Source: Squalus acanthias
Taxonomy: Eukaryota
NCBI GenBank assembly: GCA_030390025.1
Contig: CM059445.1
Coordinates: 12,214,001-12,278,000, forward strand
Direction of reading: 5' to 3'
DNA: 64,000 nt
Shown: in pieces, positions 24,200-36,523 of the stretch
Layout: each line of letters begins with the position of its first letter
Position numbering within the stretch: position 1 is the stretch's first letter
Position numbers and translations under genes: made by a program
The notes under the pieces: model-generated
The model's input: the letters and a program-made list of their open reading frames with translations, nothing else
What the model was told of the DNA's origin: nothing
Databases searched by the model: none

Positions 24200-24408
24200 G
24201 AACTCCCTACCGCAAGGAGTAGTTGAGGTGAATAGCGTAGATGTATTTAAGGGGAAGCTAGATAAATGTGTGAGGGAGAAAGGAATAGAAGGATACATTG
24301 ATGGAGTTAGATGAAGAGGGGTGGGAGGAGGCTCGTGTGGAGCATAAACACCTGGCATGGACCAGTTGGGCCGAATGGCCTGTTTCTGTACTGTGCATTC
24401 TATGTAAC
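24200..24408 (+). mobile_element. CR1 LINE, 3' tail (other subfamily)
   Basis: ggggaagctagataaa...gtggagcataaacacc...gggccgaatggcctgtttctg. Confidence 0.75.
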
Positions 24409-24600
24409 GTCCCTTAAGTGTAAGTAACAAATTTTCAGGTGACTCCAACTGCTAGAATCTGAAGCGGAGAACGTAAATTCCTAGCAGGGTCATTGCTGTC
24501 TGAAAGGATCTGATTGAGGTAGGACTTTTTTTGTAGGAATATCACAACGACTTGTATTTAATGCATTCTGTTGTCTTCTCTCCCTCCTCTCATTTCTCAG

Positions 24601-24684
24601 ATAAATCAGAAATTAAAAGATATCTCTGAACGATTGCACCAGCTGAGACAACAGCCTGGCGTGGACCATCCAACGAACCAAGGG
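24601..24684 (+). CDS. CAMSAP3: CAMSAP3-like coding exon (phase 0-0, 28 codons)
   Basis: Long pyrimidine tract ...catttctcag|ATA...GGG|gtaagc. Translates INQKLKDISERLHQLRQQPGVDHPTNQG, similar to CAMSAP VNEHLKDIMEQEQ and in frame with the flanking exons. Confidence 0.9.
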
Positions 24685-26114
24685 GTAAGCGTCTAACTGA
24701 TCAACATTTGAGCTTGTGATTAGATCCAGATATCGTGGGCATCCAAACTTAGTGCTTTAAACTGTTATGGTAATGTTTTTCAGGCTGCTTTCTACCTTGT
24801 CTTAAGGTTAGTTTACTAACTAATTTTCCAAACTCCTGCCTTTTTGTCTTCTCCATCCTAAGGAGTTCAATGTTTTTTTAAATTTTCACTTTTGAGTCTT
24901 CCATTATGGTGAGAACAATCTGAAATTCAGTGGCCAGATGACCCAGGGTCAACGGAGTGTGATGATCTGATTGAGGCTTGAGCTTAAAGGTGCAAGCTAG
25001 AAAATTTGAGGCTTTGGAGAGAGAAAAAAGGAATTGGGGCAAAATGGAAGACTATTATCATCACTTTAAAGGTTTGATGTGTGAGAGATTCAAGACTGCA
25101 AGACCATAGCCTCAGATATTTTCAAATCATTACTGTACATGACAACTGTTTTAACTTGTATGAATCGATGCATCGCTTGAGTTTTTCTAAGCTGGTAATA
25201 CAATGATGGTGCTTCCCTATTCTTCCTTTGTAAGTGACACTCTGCATTTTCTATGAGTGGCTTCTCTCTTCAGCTGGCCATTTGGCAGTGGTAGACCTAG
25301 CTCTATGCCCCGCCATCCAATTTGTAGGCTATTAGACAATACAGAAATGGGCCAAGGTGTCCAATCTGGACATTTGATCAAAGTTGGCGCAGTGCTGATT
25401 TTTTTTCCCCTGTCACTTTGCTCTGTCTGATGCATAAAAAATATTGACTACAATCAGTAGAAGAGCTTGCATTTTTGTTGATGACTTTCATGCACGGCAA
25501 GTTGGGGAGTATTTGCAAGAGTCAGCAGGGTGGAAATGGGAAGACTAAGGGTGAGGACGGGGACCTAAAGCACGGTCGAAGAGAGGTTTTTGAAAGAAGA
25601 CCAGAGGTAGCAAGGCAAAACATTTTTGGGAAAGTTCCAAATGGTACTGAGTGAAAGGTTGGTTACAATGCTGAAGATTTTTCGGGATTGACCCTCAACT
25701 TTTTGTTCTCCACTATGACTCCTAAGTTGCATAGGTTAGTCTCAATGGACATCTTGCACCTGAATTGTCGAAATAAGTGATGCTCATGAAGCTCTAATAG
25801 ACTCGGTGCACAGGGTGTATATTTGACCCCTGTAACCTTTGCACTGACCTCCTTACCTTGGCTATGCTGCTATTGGGTGGTGGTGGTGGAGGCCAAGGAC
25901 AGGTAAAAGGGCCAAAAAAATATCCTCTAGTGCCTTCACGTGGCCAGTGCTAAAGTGGCATTGGCACAGGCCCAAGAGCAGACCATTGCTCCAACTTGGC
26001 GAGACGTGGGGGAGACTCTTAACCTGAAGGAGGCGAAAATAACTTGCGATAAGTAGAGGGAAGAGCTCCGCTTCTCTGAGAAGTCTACACCTAAAACAAT
26101 ATTCCATCATTGAG

Positions 26115-26415
26115 TTTTTTTTATTCGTTCACAGGATGTGGGCGTTGGCCAGCATTTATTGCCCATCCCTAGTTGCCCTTGAGAAGGTGGTGGTGAGCCG
26201 CCACCTTGACCCACTGCAGTCCGTGTGGTGGAGGTACTCCCACAGTGCTGTTAGGGAGGGAGTGCCAGGATTTTGACCCAGTGACGATGAAGGAACGGCC
26301 GATATATTTTCAAGTCAGGATGGTGTGTGAGGCTTAGAGGGGAACTTGGAGGTGGTGGCGTTCCCATCTGCCTGCTGCCCTTGTCCCTCTTGGCGATAGA
26401 GGTTGCGGGTTTGCG
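26115..26415 (-). mobile_element. CR1-group LINE (family B), 3' fragment
   Basis: Reverse complement of the same tail as 3423-4158. Confidence 0.8.
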
Positions 26416-29400
26416 AGTCTAGGCGGTTCTACAGAAGCAAAGACTAGAAGTTCCAATCGTGTTGGAAGGGAAAGGAATGGGCAGAATCTGTCCCCGAATC
26501 AGTTGTTTCCCTCGGACTGGAAAGTGGCCTTATGAGCTAGTTTTCCATTTAATTCACCTGCAGCACAGTCCTGTCTCATGAAAATATCCATATCCCTCTG
26601 CAGTGGCTGGGAGAGGAGAGGCTTCTCGCCGTTCTGACTAGTTTACTGAGGTCATTTATACAGCAGGAGTGCAGTCAGATACTGGTCGAACTGTTCACCC
26701 TTTTAGCCAGTATTTTAACCCTGTTCAGTGACTACGGAGCTCTAACTAGCTGCGTTTCTCATCTATCGTGATCTTTCGCAAAGAGATTGATCTGTGACCT
26801 CCTATATGTCAACCGGGGTGATCAGAAGTAGATTACGGGGTGAATTTAGCCAACTAAAATTAGTTGTTTCCCAAGCCCCTTTGTGAACCGCATGAACTGG
26901 AGGCGGGGGGTGGGGGGCTGGAACAGCGAATGGCGGGGCCCCTCTCTCTCTCTCAACTCTCTGCTCATTGTTCCCTGCACAAGAAGGGAAGGCCCCAGTT
27001 CTCCCTCCACTTTAAGGGGATCTATCGTTAGTCCACACTGAGTTCGGGGAGCTTGCTTCCACTTCTCCTGCGGAGTAAAATTCATTTTGGTTTCATTTTA
27101 ACTGGTATGAAGATTGAGTTTCTGCTGCAGCTTCTTGAAATGTCCATTGTGTCGTGGCTGCTTTTATTGGACCACAACTGTCCTACTCAATGTGGCGACA
27201 GAGGTGGCTTGAATATTTGCCCGACCAATTCTGCATATAAGCCTAAGTACGTTTGGGGCAGGGGGTTGGCAGTGATGAGTGCTGATTGAACTGAAGGTGC
27301 AAGGTTATCATTTGTTCCACTTTGATCGGCCATCTCTGAGGCGTTCACTTTAAACGTGACGCATATGGTTGACTTGGTCTGAGTGTTGTGTTTAGGTAAC
27401 TGGCCACTCATGATGTCAAGGCCGTCACTATGCTCCCTGGTCTCTTTGTCTGCAATAAACAGATTTTTAAAAAACACACATTGCGGTATTGAACCTACTG
27501 TGTTTGGATCCTGGTGCCTCATTCACAGAAAGTCAAGTGTGACATTTATATAAAAAAAAAGTCAAACCCCTTTTATAGCTCATCCAAAACTCTGCTGTCT
27601 ATATCCTAACGTCCTCCAGCCCTACAACCCTCTGAGAACTCTGCGTTCCACCAATTCTGGCCTCTTGTGCATGCACAATTTCCTCCGCCATTTACAGTTT
27701 ATGACTGTACCTGGAGCAATGGTCTTTTAGTCCAGGACATTGCCCTGTGTTTCTTGGAGGGGACGAGACGGGTTGTCGAGGGGATAAGTGCTGTGAAAGG
27801 ACTTGCCTCCAGCTTTGATGAGATCTTTTTCGATCCGTTTTTCTGGTTTACTGGCTGTACCACAGAGCCCTGTGCGCGTGCAGCTCACGACCAGGAGATG
27901 GGCAAGAAATGCCGGCCCTTGCCAGCAAAGCCCACATCCCGAGAAGGAATAATGTAAGGGGGGAAAAACAATGGGGCAAGCGTCAGAGAATAGAGGGAAT
28001 TACTGCAGCACCTCCACTCGGAATTAACCATGGCCAGTGGGTTTGCTACGAGTTTACATATCAGTCTTTGCTGGTTTATGTAGACCATCTGCTGTTTAAA
28101 CTGACATTGCAGATCAGGAATAGTACCAGGTTCAGTCCCTGCTCTGTGCTCAATTTGGAATATGACCCTACACTTTACTGTTCCGTGTGTGTCTATTTCT
28201 GAATAAAATTTCACAAAACGCCCAATCTAAAACACTGTGACTGTGCAACTAGTTCGAACTTGTTGTGCAATCAGCCAACTACATGGATGGCCACCTTCAC
28301 TTCCTGAAGCTGCCGCAGTGTATTATGTCCCCGGGCCGTTTATTTTCTTCCTTCTGATTTCTAACAGATTTCAGCCTGGGTGCTGAAATTTGGCTTCAGA
28401 TTGAGCACTTTGGTTAGGGATGCGAGGGGGGAAAAAAAACACAGCCCGAGGTCCTGGTGTTCCAGCGATGTGTGCGGACGGGATCGGGGTTTGCTGTGAT
28501 TTCCTCCCGACTGGAATAAGCCCGAACCTTCAGTGGAAAAACGTAGGAAATTGTAACGACAGAAACGCCCTAATTTGGCAGTGGTCAGTGGACCCTGTAC
28601 ATCCGGTGCCGCTAACCATTCAGAGTGGCCACGTTGCAAAGGAATTACCCTTACCCTGTATCATCTGGTTAATGGGCCGCTGGACAAAGAACATGTTGCA
28701 TTGTATCTCCTCCATGGCAGTTAAACATGAGAAATGAGACCACAATGTTCCGGAAAAGTTGCCTGGTGTCTTTTTCTTTTCAGATAACTTTAAGATTTTA
28801 GGATATTATTTCCCCCTCCTCAACATCCCCCCCCCCCCCTTCCAAAAAAAACCCGTTCAATAATTCACCTCGATTTTTGTGGGAAAGCCCAGCGAGATGT
28901 GTCTGGTCATCTTGATGTCAATGAAATGGTTTTCATTGGTGGGTCCAGCCAGTTGTGTGAGGAAAATTTCACTACAGGGATGTGGCAATGGCCCTGCCCA
29001 GTGGAGCAGAGTGTGTCTCCAGTGGTCGGATAGCGGGCGTCATGCCTACGATGCCCCCACGTACACCGGGCGAGGTGCCCTTCTCAGCTGTGCGGTTGGG
29101 AGGGAGGTGCTGAGTGAAGCCAGGCTCTTGCCCACAGGGAGGAACCAATTGAGTGGAGGGAGTTATTTATTTTTTTTGAAGGGTTATTTTAAACGAGTCT
29201 ACCGGTGACCTACAGCCTGGGAGTAGATCAGTTCTAGCTGGGCGGGGTGGGGAAGGGGGGCAGGAGGGCAACTCCCGTGGGGTGAGAAGGGAAGGAGATT
29301 TTTTTTTTTAATCCTCCAACTGTATTGTGCTTGGTGATTGATTTTCATGTGTTTTGTCTACTGTGGATATATTTCCTTCCTTGCCAGGGATATGCAGAAG

Positions 29401-29855
29401 GCTGAGTTTCAGACACTGGTAACGCAGGTTGACACGGAGACAGCATCATGAGTTAAAATGTTTTGCCATGTTAATTTTATAATTAAAAAAAAAATTACTC
29501 TTTTTCATCCCTTCTTGGGATGCTATCCTATTGGTGCTGAATGTCCGATTTGTGCCGAAAGCCCTCCGCTTCCTTGCGCGAGTGGGCCTTCTGCATCAGT
29601 GAGGCTGGGCGTCGAGTCTCGGCAGGCTATTCACCTAAGGGGGGCATCACAACAGAGCTAGATCGCGTCTTTACTCAAGTTCCACGTGGCCATATTCTAG
29701 GAGGGGGGCGGGGTCACTGGGTTACCCGGGGGGGGGGGCACTGAGACCAATTGTCGCGCCTCAATTGCCGTCTTGGCTGAGGTGAGCGCACTCAGCACAG
29801 ACTGGGACCAGATTCCTCCTCGGGGCTCAGGGCCACATCGAGCAATGCGCTCAGC

Positions 29856-30550
29856 ATAGAATGTACAGCACTGCAACAGGCCATTCAGCCCAACTGGTCT
29901 GTGCCGGTGTTTATGCTCCACACGAGCCTCCTCCCACCCCTCTTCATCTCACTCTACTTGCAAAGCTTCTATTCCTTTTTCCCTCGAACTTATCTAGCTT
30001 CCCCTTAAGCACACCTATGCTATTCGCCTCAACGACTCCATGTGGCAGCGAGTTCCACATTCTCCCCCCTCTCTGTAAAGGAGCTTCTCCTGAATTCCCT
30101 ATTGGATTTATTACTGACTATCTTATATTTATGACCTCTAGTTTTAGACTCCCCGACAAGTGGAAACATCTTCTCTCCGTCTACCCTATCGAACCCTTTC
30201 ATAATCTTCAAGACCTCGATCAGGTCACCCCCTCAGTCTTCTCTTTTCCAGAGAAAAGAGCCCCAGCCTGTTCAATATTTCCTGATAGTTATAACTCTCA
30301 GTTCTGGTGTCATCCTTGTCGATCTTTTTTTATGCACCTTCTCCAGTGCCTCCTCATATCCTTTTTTGTAATATGGAGACCAGAACTGTGCACAGTGCTC
30401 CGAGTGTGGTCTCACCAAGGTTCTGTACAAGTTTAACACAACTTCTCTGCTTTTCAATTCTATCCCTCTAGGAGTGAACCCCAGTGCATTGTTGGCGTTT
30501 TTTTTTATGACCTTGTTAACCTGCATTGCTACACTTAATGATTTGTGTAT
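29856..30550 (-). mobile_element. CR1 LINE, 3' fragment
   Basis: Minus-strand peptides LYRTLVRPHSEHCAQFWSPY and GFDRVDGEKMFPLVGESKTRGHKYK. Confidence 0.85.
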
Positions 30551-30864
30551 CTGTAGCTTGGAGAAACTCTGTGTCTCTGGTCTGTAAGAATTGCAGTTGT
30601 TTTGTTTTGGAGTCGCGCAGTGTAAAATTGTTGACGATACGTGCAGTGAAATCTGAATCTTCTGCATATCTTGCGTTGTTGAGCTTTGAATCTTTCAGAA
30701 TACTTAACATGTATTTAATATTTCTTATAGTGATACCTGCTTGACATCTGAAGCACTTTTAATATTATGAAATTCACATGCTTCTCCTCTTCTCCCTTCT
30801 CTCTTCCCCTTGCCCCTTTGACCTTTGATCTCTCTCTGCCTCTGTGACACACTGTCCTCAACAG

Positions 30865-30897
30865 TGTCCCACCAAGTGGTATTGGAAGCTAGTTCCT
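30865..30897 (+). CDS. CAMSAP3: CAMSAP3 33-nt microexon CPTKWYWKLVP
   Basis: tcctcaacag|TGT CCC ACC AAG TGG TAT TGG AAG CTA GTT CCT|gtaagt. Matches the recalled alternatively spliced CAMSAP segment (CAMSAP3 CPTRWYWKLVP; CAMSAP2 SPSKWFWKLVP). Confidence 0.92.
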
Positions 30898-31054
30898 GTA
30901 AGTCCACCTCTCAACTTTTACTGCATCTCACCTCTGACCCCCTGACTCCTGCCCCCTTTTTCTCTTTTTTTTGTCGGGGGGGAAAAAAACCCCAACCTTT
31001 GTTTAACTGGATTTTATTGAGACGATTTAAAACTGTTTGCTAGAGTTGCGCTGT

Positions 31055-31057
<3 letters not shown>

Positions 31058-31085
<28 letters not shown>
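31058..31085. repeat. (GT)n microsatellite
   Basis: Read directly; lies between the 33-nt microexon and the candidate alternative first exon. Confidence 0.9.
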
Positions 31086-31202
31086 GTTTATTGTCTTTTG
31101 TTTATCCCATGATCCTTCAAGGGGGCTGCATGATGTGACGCTCAAGAAGCAAAGGATGCTGGGATTGTTTTACAAGTTTTTTTTTAAAAAGCTTGAATTT
31201 AC

Positions 31203-31388
31203 ATGGCGCCGTCTCACACTGAACTACTTCACAATGAATTACTTCACGCGATGAATTATTTTCGAACTATAGTGACTGATTTACATAGGCAAACCCTACT
31301 GTGTATTTGTTTAAGAAATGAATGGATAAAACAAAAGTTCCTCTTAAGGGGTATGATCTTCATGAAGTGTGTGGTAGACGACGTATTG
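31203..31388 (+). CDS. candidate alternative first coding exon of CAMSAP3
   Basis: ATG at 31203 preceded by an in-frame TGA (31194-96), then 62 open codons ending TTG|gtaaga. Phase 0 fits the downstream phase-0 acceptors. The region is repeat-free. Confidence 0.45.
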
Positions 31389-31704
31389 GTAAGAAGCATA
31401 TAATGGAAGAAATATCGAGGTCTGTACTGTGGTTTGTCAGTCTTTCTCTCCGCCCCCACCCCCCACCCAAAAGATTTGCCAAACCATTTCAGGAAGGGCC
31501 TTTGAAGTGTTGAGGCTTTTGTCAAATTTATTGCGGCAGATCGAAAGCTTCTTGTTGAATTGGCCAGGAATATCGTCAATGGGTAAAAGGCTTGCCCAGG
31601 TAGTTGAAGAGTGCGTGTGTGCTTGGAAGCATTTGTGAAGTGACATCCGTTGGTTAGTCAACCGGGCTGCCCTTTAGATGGCCCAGGTTATGCTCCAAGC
31701 CTTC

Positions 31705-33700
31705 GAATCATAGAATGGTTACAGCACGGAAGAAGGCCATTCGGCCCGTTGAGCCCGTGCCAGCTCTCTGCAAGAGCACTTCAGCTAGTCCCACTCCCCT
31801 ACCCTTTCCCCGTAGCCCTGCAAATTTTTTTCCTTCAGGTACTTGTCCAACTCCCTTTTGAAAGCTGTGATTTGAGTCCGCCTCCCTTTCAGGCAGTGCA
31901 TTCCAGATCATAACCACTCGCTGAGTAAAAAAGTTTCTCCTCATGTCGCCTTTGGTTCTTCTACCAATCACCTTAAATCTGTGTCCTCTGGTCCTCGACC
32001 CTTCCGCCAATGGGAACAGTTTCTCTCTATCTACTCTGTCTAGTCCTCTCATGATTTAAAACACCTCTATCAAATCTCCTCTCAATCTTCTCTGCTCTAA
32101 GGAGAACAACCCCAGCTTCTCCAGTCTATCCATGTAACTGAAGTCCCTCATTCCTGGAATCATTCTCGTAAATCTTTACTGCACCCTCTCTAAGGCCGTC
32201 ACATCCTTCCTAAACTGCGGTGCCCAGAATTGGACACAATACTTCAGTTGAGGCCGAAACAGTGTTTTATAAAGGTTCATCGTAATTTCCACGCTTTTGT
32301 GCTCTATTCATGAAGCCCAGGATCCGTAAGCTTTTTTAGCTGCTTTCTCAACCTGCCCTGCCACCTTCAACGATTTGTGTACATATACCCTTAGGTCTCT
32401 CTGTGCATGCATCCCCTTTAGAATTGTACCCTTTAGTTTATATTTCCTCGTTTCATTCTTTCTACCAAAATGTATCACTTCGCACTTTTCTGCGTTAAAT
32501 TTCATCTGCCGTGTGTCCGCCCACATACATACACTGTAAACCTATCTTAGACCATCCTGTGTTCTCCCTTAGTCTGACCCCACCTAATACCTCACTCTTT
32601 CTTTCTTTAGTGCTATCCATCTCTCCCAATCCTTTGTGCACTGTTTCTCCTTTCTAATGCTACATCCTAGTGCCCATCCCACTGCCAACTTCGATTAAAC
32701 CCTCCCCAACAGCAAACCTCTCCGTGAGGATATTGGTACTGGCTCTGTTGAGGTGCCGCCTGTTCGGCTTGTTCAGGTCCAACCTCCCCCAGAACCGGCC
32801 CCAATGCCCCAGGAATCTTAAGCCCTCCCTCCTGCGCCATCTCTCCAGCCACGCATTCATCTGCTCTATCCCCCTATTTCTATACTCACTCGCACGTGGC
32901 ACAGGGACTAATCCAGAGACTACTACCTTTTTGAGGTCCTGTTTTTTAAATCGCTTTCCTAGCTCCCTGAAATCTGCCTGCAGGACCTCCTCCCTCTTTC
33001 TACCGATGTCATTGGTACCAATATGGACCACGACCTCTGGCTGTTCACCCTCCCCCCTCAGAATGTCTGCAACCGCTCAGTGACATCCTTGACCCTGGCA
33101 CCAGGGAGGCAAATGTACCATCTGGAGTCACGTCTGTGGCCACAGAAATGCCTGTCTGCTTCCCTAACTATCGAATCCCCTACCACTATTGCTTTCCCTA
33201 TCTTCCTTCCCCCTTGACCACCCCCTACCATACAGCTGAGCCACCCGTGGTACCTTGGCTCTGGCTGTACTCCCCAGAGGAACCTTCGCCTTCACCCGTA
33301 CTCCGAACAGAATACTGGTTGGAGAGTGAGATGCACTCTAGGGACTCCTGCACTATCTGCCTGGTCCTCCTCTTCTCTTCTGTTTGGCGGTCACCCATTC
33401 CCTCTCTGCCTGCACACTCCTTAGCTGCGGGGTGACCACCTCCTGAAACGTGCTGTCCACGTAGCTCTCGGCCTCACGGATGCACCGCAGTGATGCCAGC
33501 TGCTGCTCAAGCTCCGAAACCCGGAGCTCGAGCTCCTCCAGCTGACGACACTTCCTGCACACGTGGTTGTCCAGGACATGGGAAGCGTTCTGGATTTCCC
33601 ACACGGCACAGGATGCGGATTCCACGGGACTGAGCTGCCCTGCCCTGCCGTGCCTTTTAATTATTCGACTATTAACTAACTTTACAGAAACTTAAGACGA
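31705..33700 (-). mobile_element. internally deleted CR1 LINE retaining ORF1 remnants (Zn-finger/coiled coil plus SGNH esterase) and 3' ORF2
   Basis: Minus strand: SCAVWE...HVCRKCRQLEELELRVSELEQQL (ORF1 N-term), IVVGDSIVR and VVHIGTNDIG (esterase blocks), then directly WADTRQMKFNAEKCEVIHFG...RGHRFKV (ORF2 C-term). Endonuclease and RT core are absent. Confidence 0.85.
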
Positions 33701-34732
33701 AGATGCACCTAATTCAAGTTATTAATATAATAGTATTAACAGTTACTAATCTCCAAGCTCCTGCTTTATCCCTAACCAGCTATTTAACCCTGGCCCCTAA
33801 CTTAAAGAGCCCCTCTCTGACCTTGTTCTTTAGCAGAAATGAACTTAAAACTTAAAAAAAAAAATGTGGCCACTCACATTTGGCTGCCCGCTGTAGGTGA
33901 CATTTTCGCCGGCTTGTGGTTGGGTGAAGCATCTCCAGTGTGGTGTGGGTGAGAAGTTAAGACGAGCAAGGCTAAGCAAGGAATCCTCTCCTGCCCCACA
34001 ATGCTTTTGGCTGCTTAGAGGCATCGACTGCAGTGAAAATCAAGAAGTTCACTGCCCTGATCATCTCGGTTGGTGGATAATCGTGACTGGAAAGTAATGA
34101 GAGGGGATAAGACAGGATGATTATTTTGAAGTACCATTGAAGGGTGCCGATTGATATTTGAATGCAAATCTGTGCAGAGAAGAAAAACATGTTTTCAAAA
34201 AGCCAGAAGAATGCTAATTTTATCTGTTTCTCTTTATTTCCCCACCCCGGCCCCGCCATTTATTTTTTTCAAGATGGCACACTCCTTTTCCTACATTATA
34301 TAGGCACTCAGTGATTTTGCTTCATATTAGTGTTGCTTTCCAGAGTGTCACACTTGCTTCAGTGGAGGCTCTACTGCCGGTGAGATCGTTCTGATTTTAA
34401 TTTTGGGCATCAGGGCTCCTTGAGTTCTCCAGTGTCCGCATATAAATTATCTCATTACGTGCGGCGGCATTAGCCCCAGAATGAACTACCCGAGTGGCTA
34501 CACTAGGGGATTAAGCGCTGATGCGCGTTCCTCTTGAGTGAGTGTGTGAATGTAAGGAATTTGGAGCTCCTCTACTGTATCGGTTCCAGGTGTGACACAT
34601 TCGAGCTAAGATTGGTTCTGGCCATTTCTTGCTCACTGGCGGCTGTCAAATATCTGTGATTCGAGATTTTGAGGTTAGCGCAGAAGTGACTCCCTTTGTT
34701 CTGTCATGCCACTGCGAGCTCCGCACCAAACC

Positions 34733-35382
34733 TAAATCTGGAATAAAAAGCTAGTGTCCGTAATGGTGACCACGAAACTATCTGATTGTCGTAAAAACCC
34801 ATCTGGTTCACTAATGTCCTTTTTTAGGGAAGGAAATCTGCTGTCCTTACCCGGTCTGGCCGATATGTGACTCCAGACCCACAGCAATGTGGTTGACTCT
34901 TAACTGCCCTCTGAAATGGCCTAGCAAGCCATTCAGTTGTACACAACTGCTGCGAAAAACAATAATAAGAATAAAACTGGACGGGCCACCCGGCACCAGC
35001 TTCAGACATGACAACAGCGCACCCAGCCCAGTCGACCCTGCAAAGTCCTCCTCACTAACATCTGGGACCTGTGCCAAAATTGGGAGAGCTGTCCCACAGA
35101 CTAGTCGAGCAACAGCCTGACATAGTCATACTCACAGAATCCTACCTTTCAGCCAATGTCCCAGAAACCTCCATCACCATCCCTGGGTATGTCCTGTGCC
35201 ACCGGCAGGACAGACCCACCAGAGGTGGCGGCACAGTGGTATACAGTCGGGAGGGAGTGGCGCTGGGAGTCCTCAACATTGACTCCGGGACCCCATGAAG
35301 TCTCATGGCTTCAGGTCAAGCATGGGCAAGGAAACCGCCTGCTGATTACCACCTACCGCCCTCCCTCAGCTGATGAATCGGT
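34733..35382 (+). mobile_element. non-LTR retrotransposon 5' fragment with APE endonuclease (probably family B)
   Basis: KLGELSHRLVEQQPDIVILTESYL...IPGYVLCHRQDRPTRGGGTVVY...ITTYRPPS are APE endonuclease motifs, frameshifted. Confidence 0.8.
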
Positions 35383-35499
35383 GCATGTGTCAGTGACTTC
35401 AGGAGGAGAAAACAGGAGAGATAAAAATATCAAGAATCTTTCTCCCAAGGTTGCAAGGAAACGCAAATTGAGTATTACAAGTAGATGAAACAAAGAGGG

Positions 35500-35846
35500 A
35501 ACATAACACAAGAACATAGGAAATAGGAGCAGGAGTCAGCCATACGGCCCCATCGAGCCTGCTCTGCCATTCAGTAAGACCATCTTCTACCTCAACTCCA
35601 CTTTCCCGCCTGATCCCCATATCCCTTGATTCTCTTAGTGTCCAAAAATCTATCGATCTCAGTCTTGAATATACTGAACGACTGAGCATCCACAGCCCTT
35701 TGGGGTAGAGAATTCCAAAGATTCACAACACAGTCAATAAATTTCTCCTCATTTCAGTCTTAAATGGTCAACCCCTTATCCTGAGACTATGCCCCCTAGT
35801 TCTAGACTCTCCAGCCAGGGGAAACAGCCTCTCGGCATCTACCCTG
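35500..35846 (-). mobile_element. CR1 LINE, 3' fragment
   Basis: Reverse-complement tail aggagcaggagt...ccattca. Confidence 0.8.
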
Positions 35847-36041
35847 GAATCGGGTGCAACACCGGTTTTACATCACGCACAATATTCTTCTCCACTGACT
35901 TCATTCACCCTCAGTGCTTCTTCCAAGGGCGTGGAGGGGCCAGAAGTGCTCGGCGACTCCACTCAAGTGGTCGTCCTTCACGGTAAAGCCTTGCAGCAAG
36001 TGCTGACCGGCTGTTCCAACATGTCCCACGTTCCACCCTAC

Positions 36042-36523
36042 GTAAACTTGAGGTCATCCAAAACTCGGCTGCCCGTGTCCTAACTCGCACCAAGTCCCGT
36101 TCGCTGACCTACGTTGGCTTCCGGTTAAGCAACACCTCGATTTCAAAATTCTCATCCTTGTTTTCAAATCCCTCCATGGCCTCGCCCCTCCCTATTTCTG
36201 TAATCTCCTCCAGCCCCACAACCCCCCCGAGATATCTGCGCTCCTCAAATTCTGCCCTCTTGAGCATCCCTGATTATAATCGCTCAACCTTTGGTGGTCG
36301 TGCCTTCAGCTGTCTAGGCCCTAAGCTCTGGAACTCCCTCCCTGAACCTCTCCGCCTCGCTACCTCTCTTTCCTCCTCTAAGACGCTTCTTAAAAGCCAC
36401 CTCTTTCATCTGCCCTAATTTCTTACGTGGCTCAGTGTCAATTTTTTGTCTTCTCACACTCCTGTGAAGCACCTTGGGACTTTTTACTACATTAAAGGTG
36501 CTATATAAATACAAGTTGTTGTT
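36042..36523 (+). mobile_element. L2 LINE, 3' fragment
   Basis: IQNSAARVLTRTK...RYLRSSNSALLSIP...GGRAFSCLGPKLWNSLP; (GTT)n tail. Confidence 0.88.
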
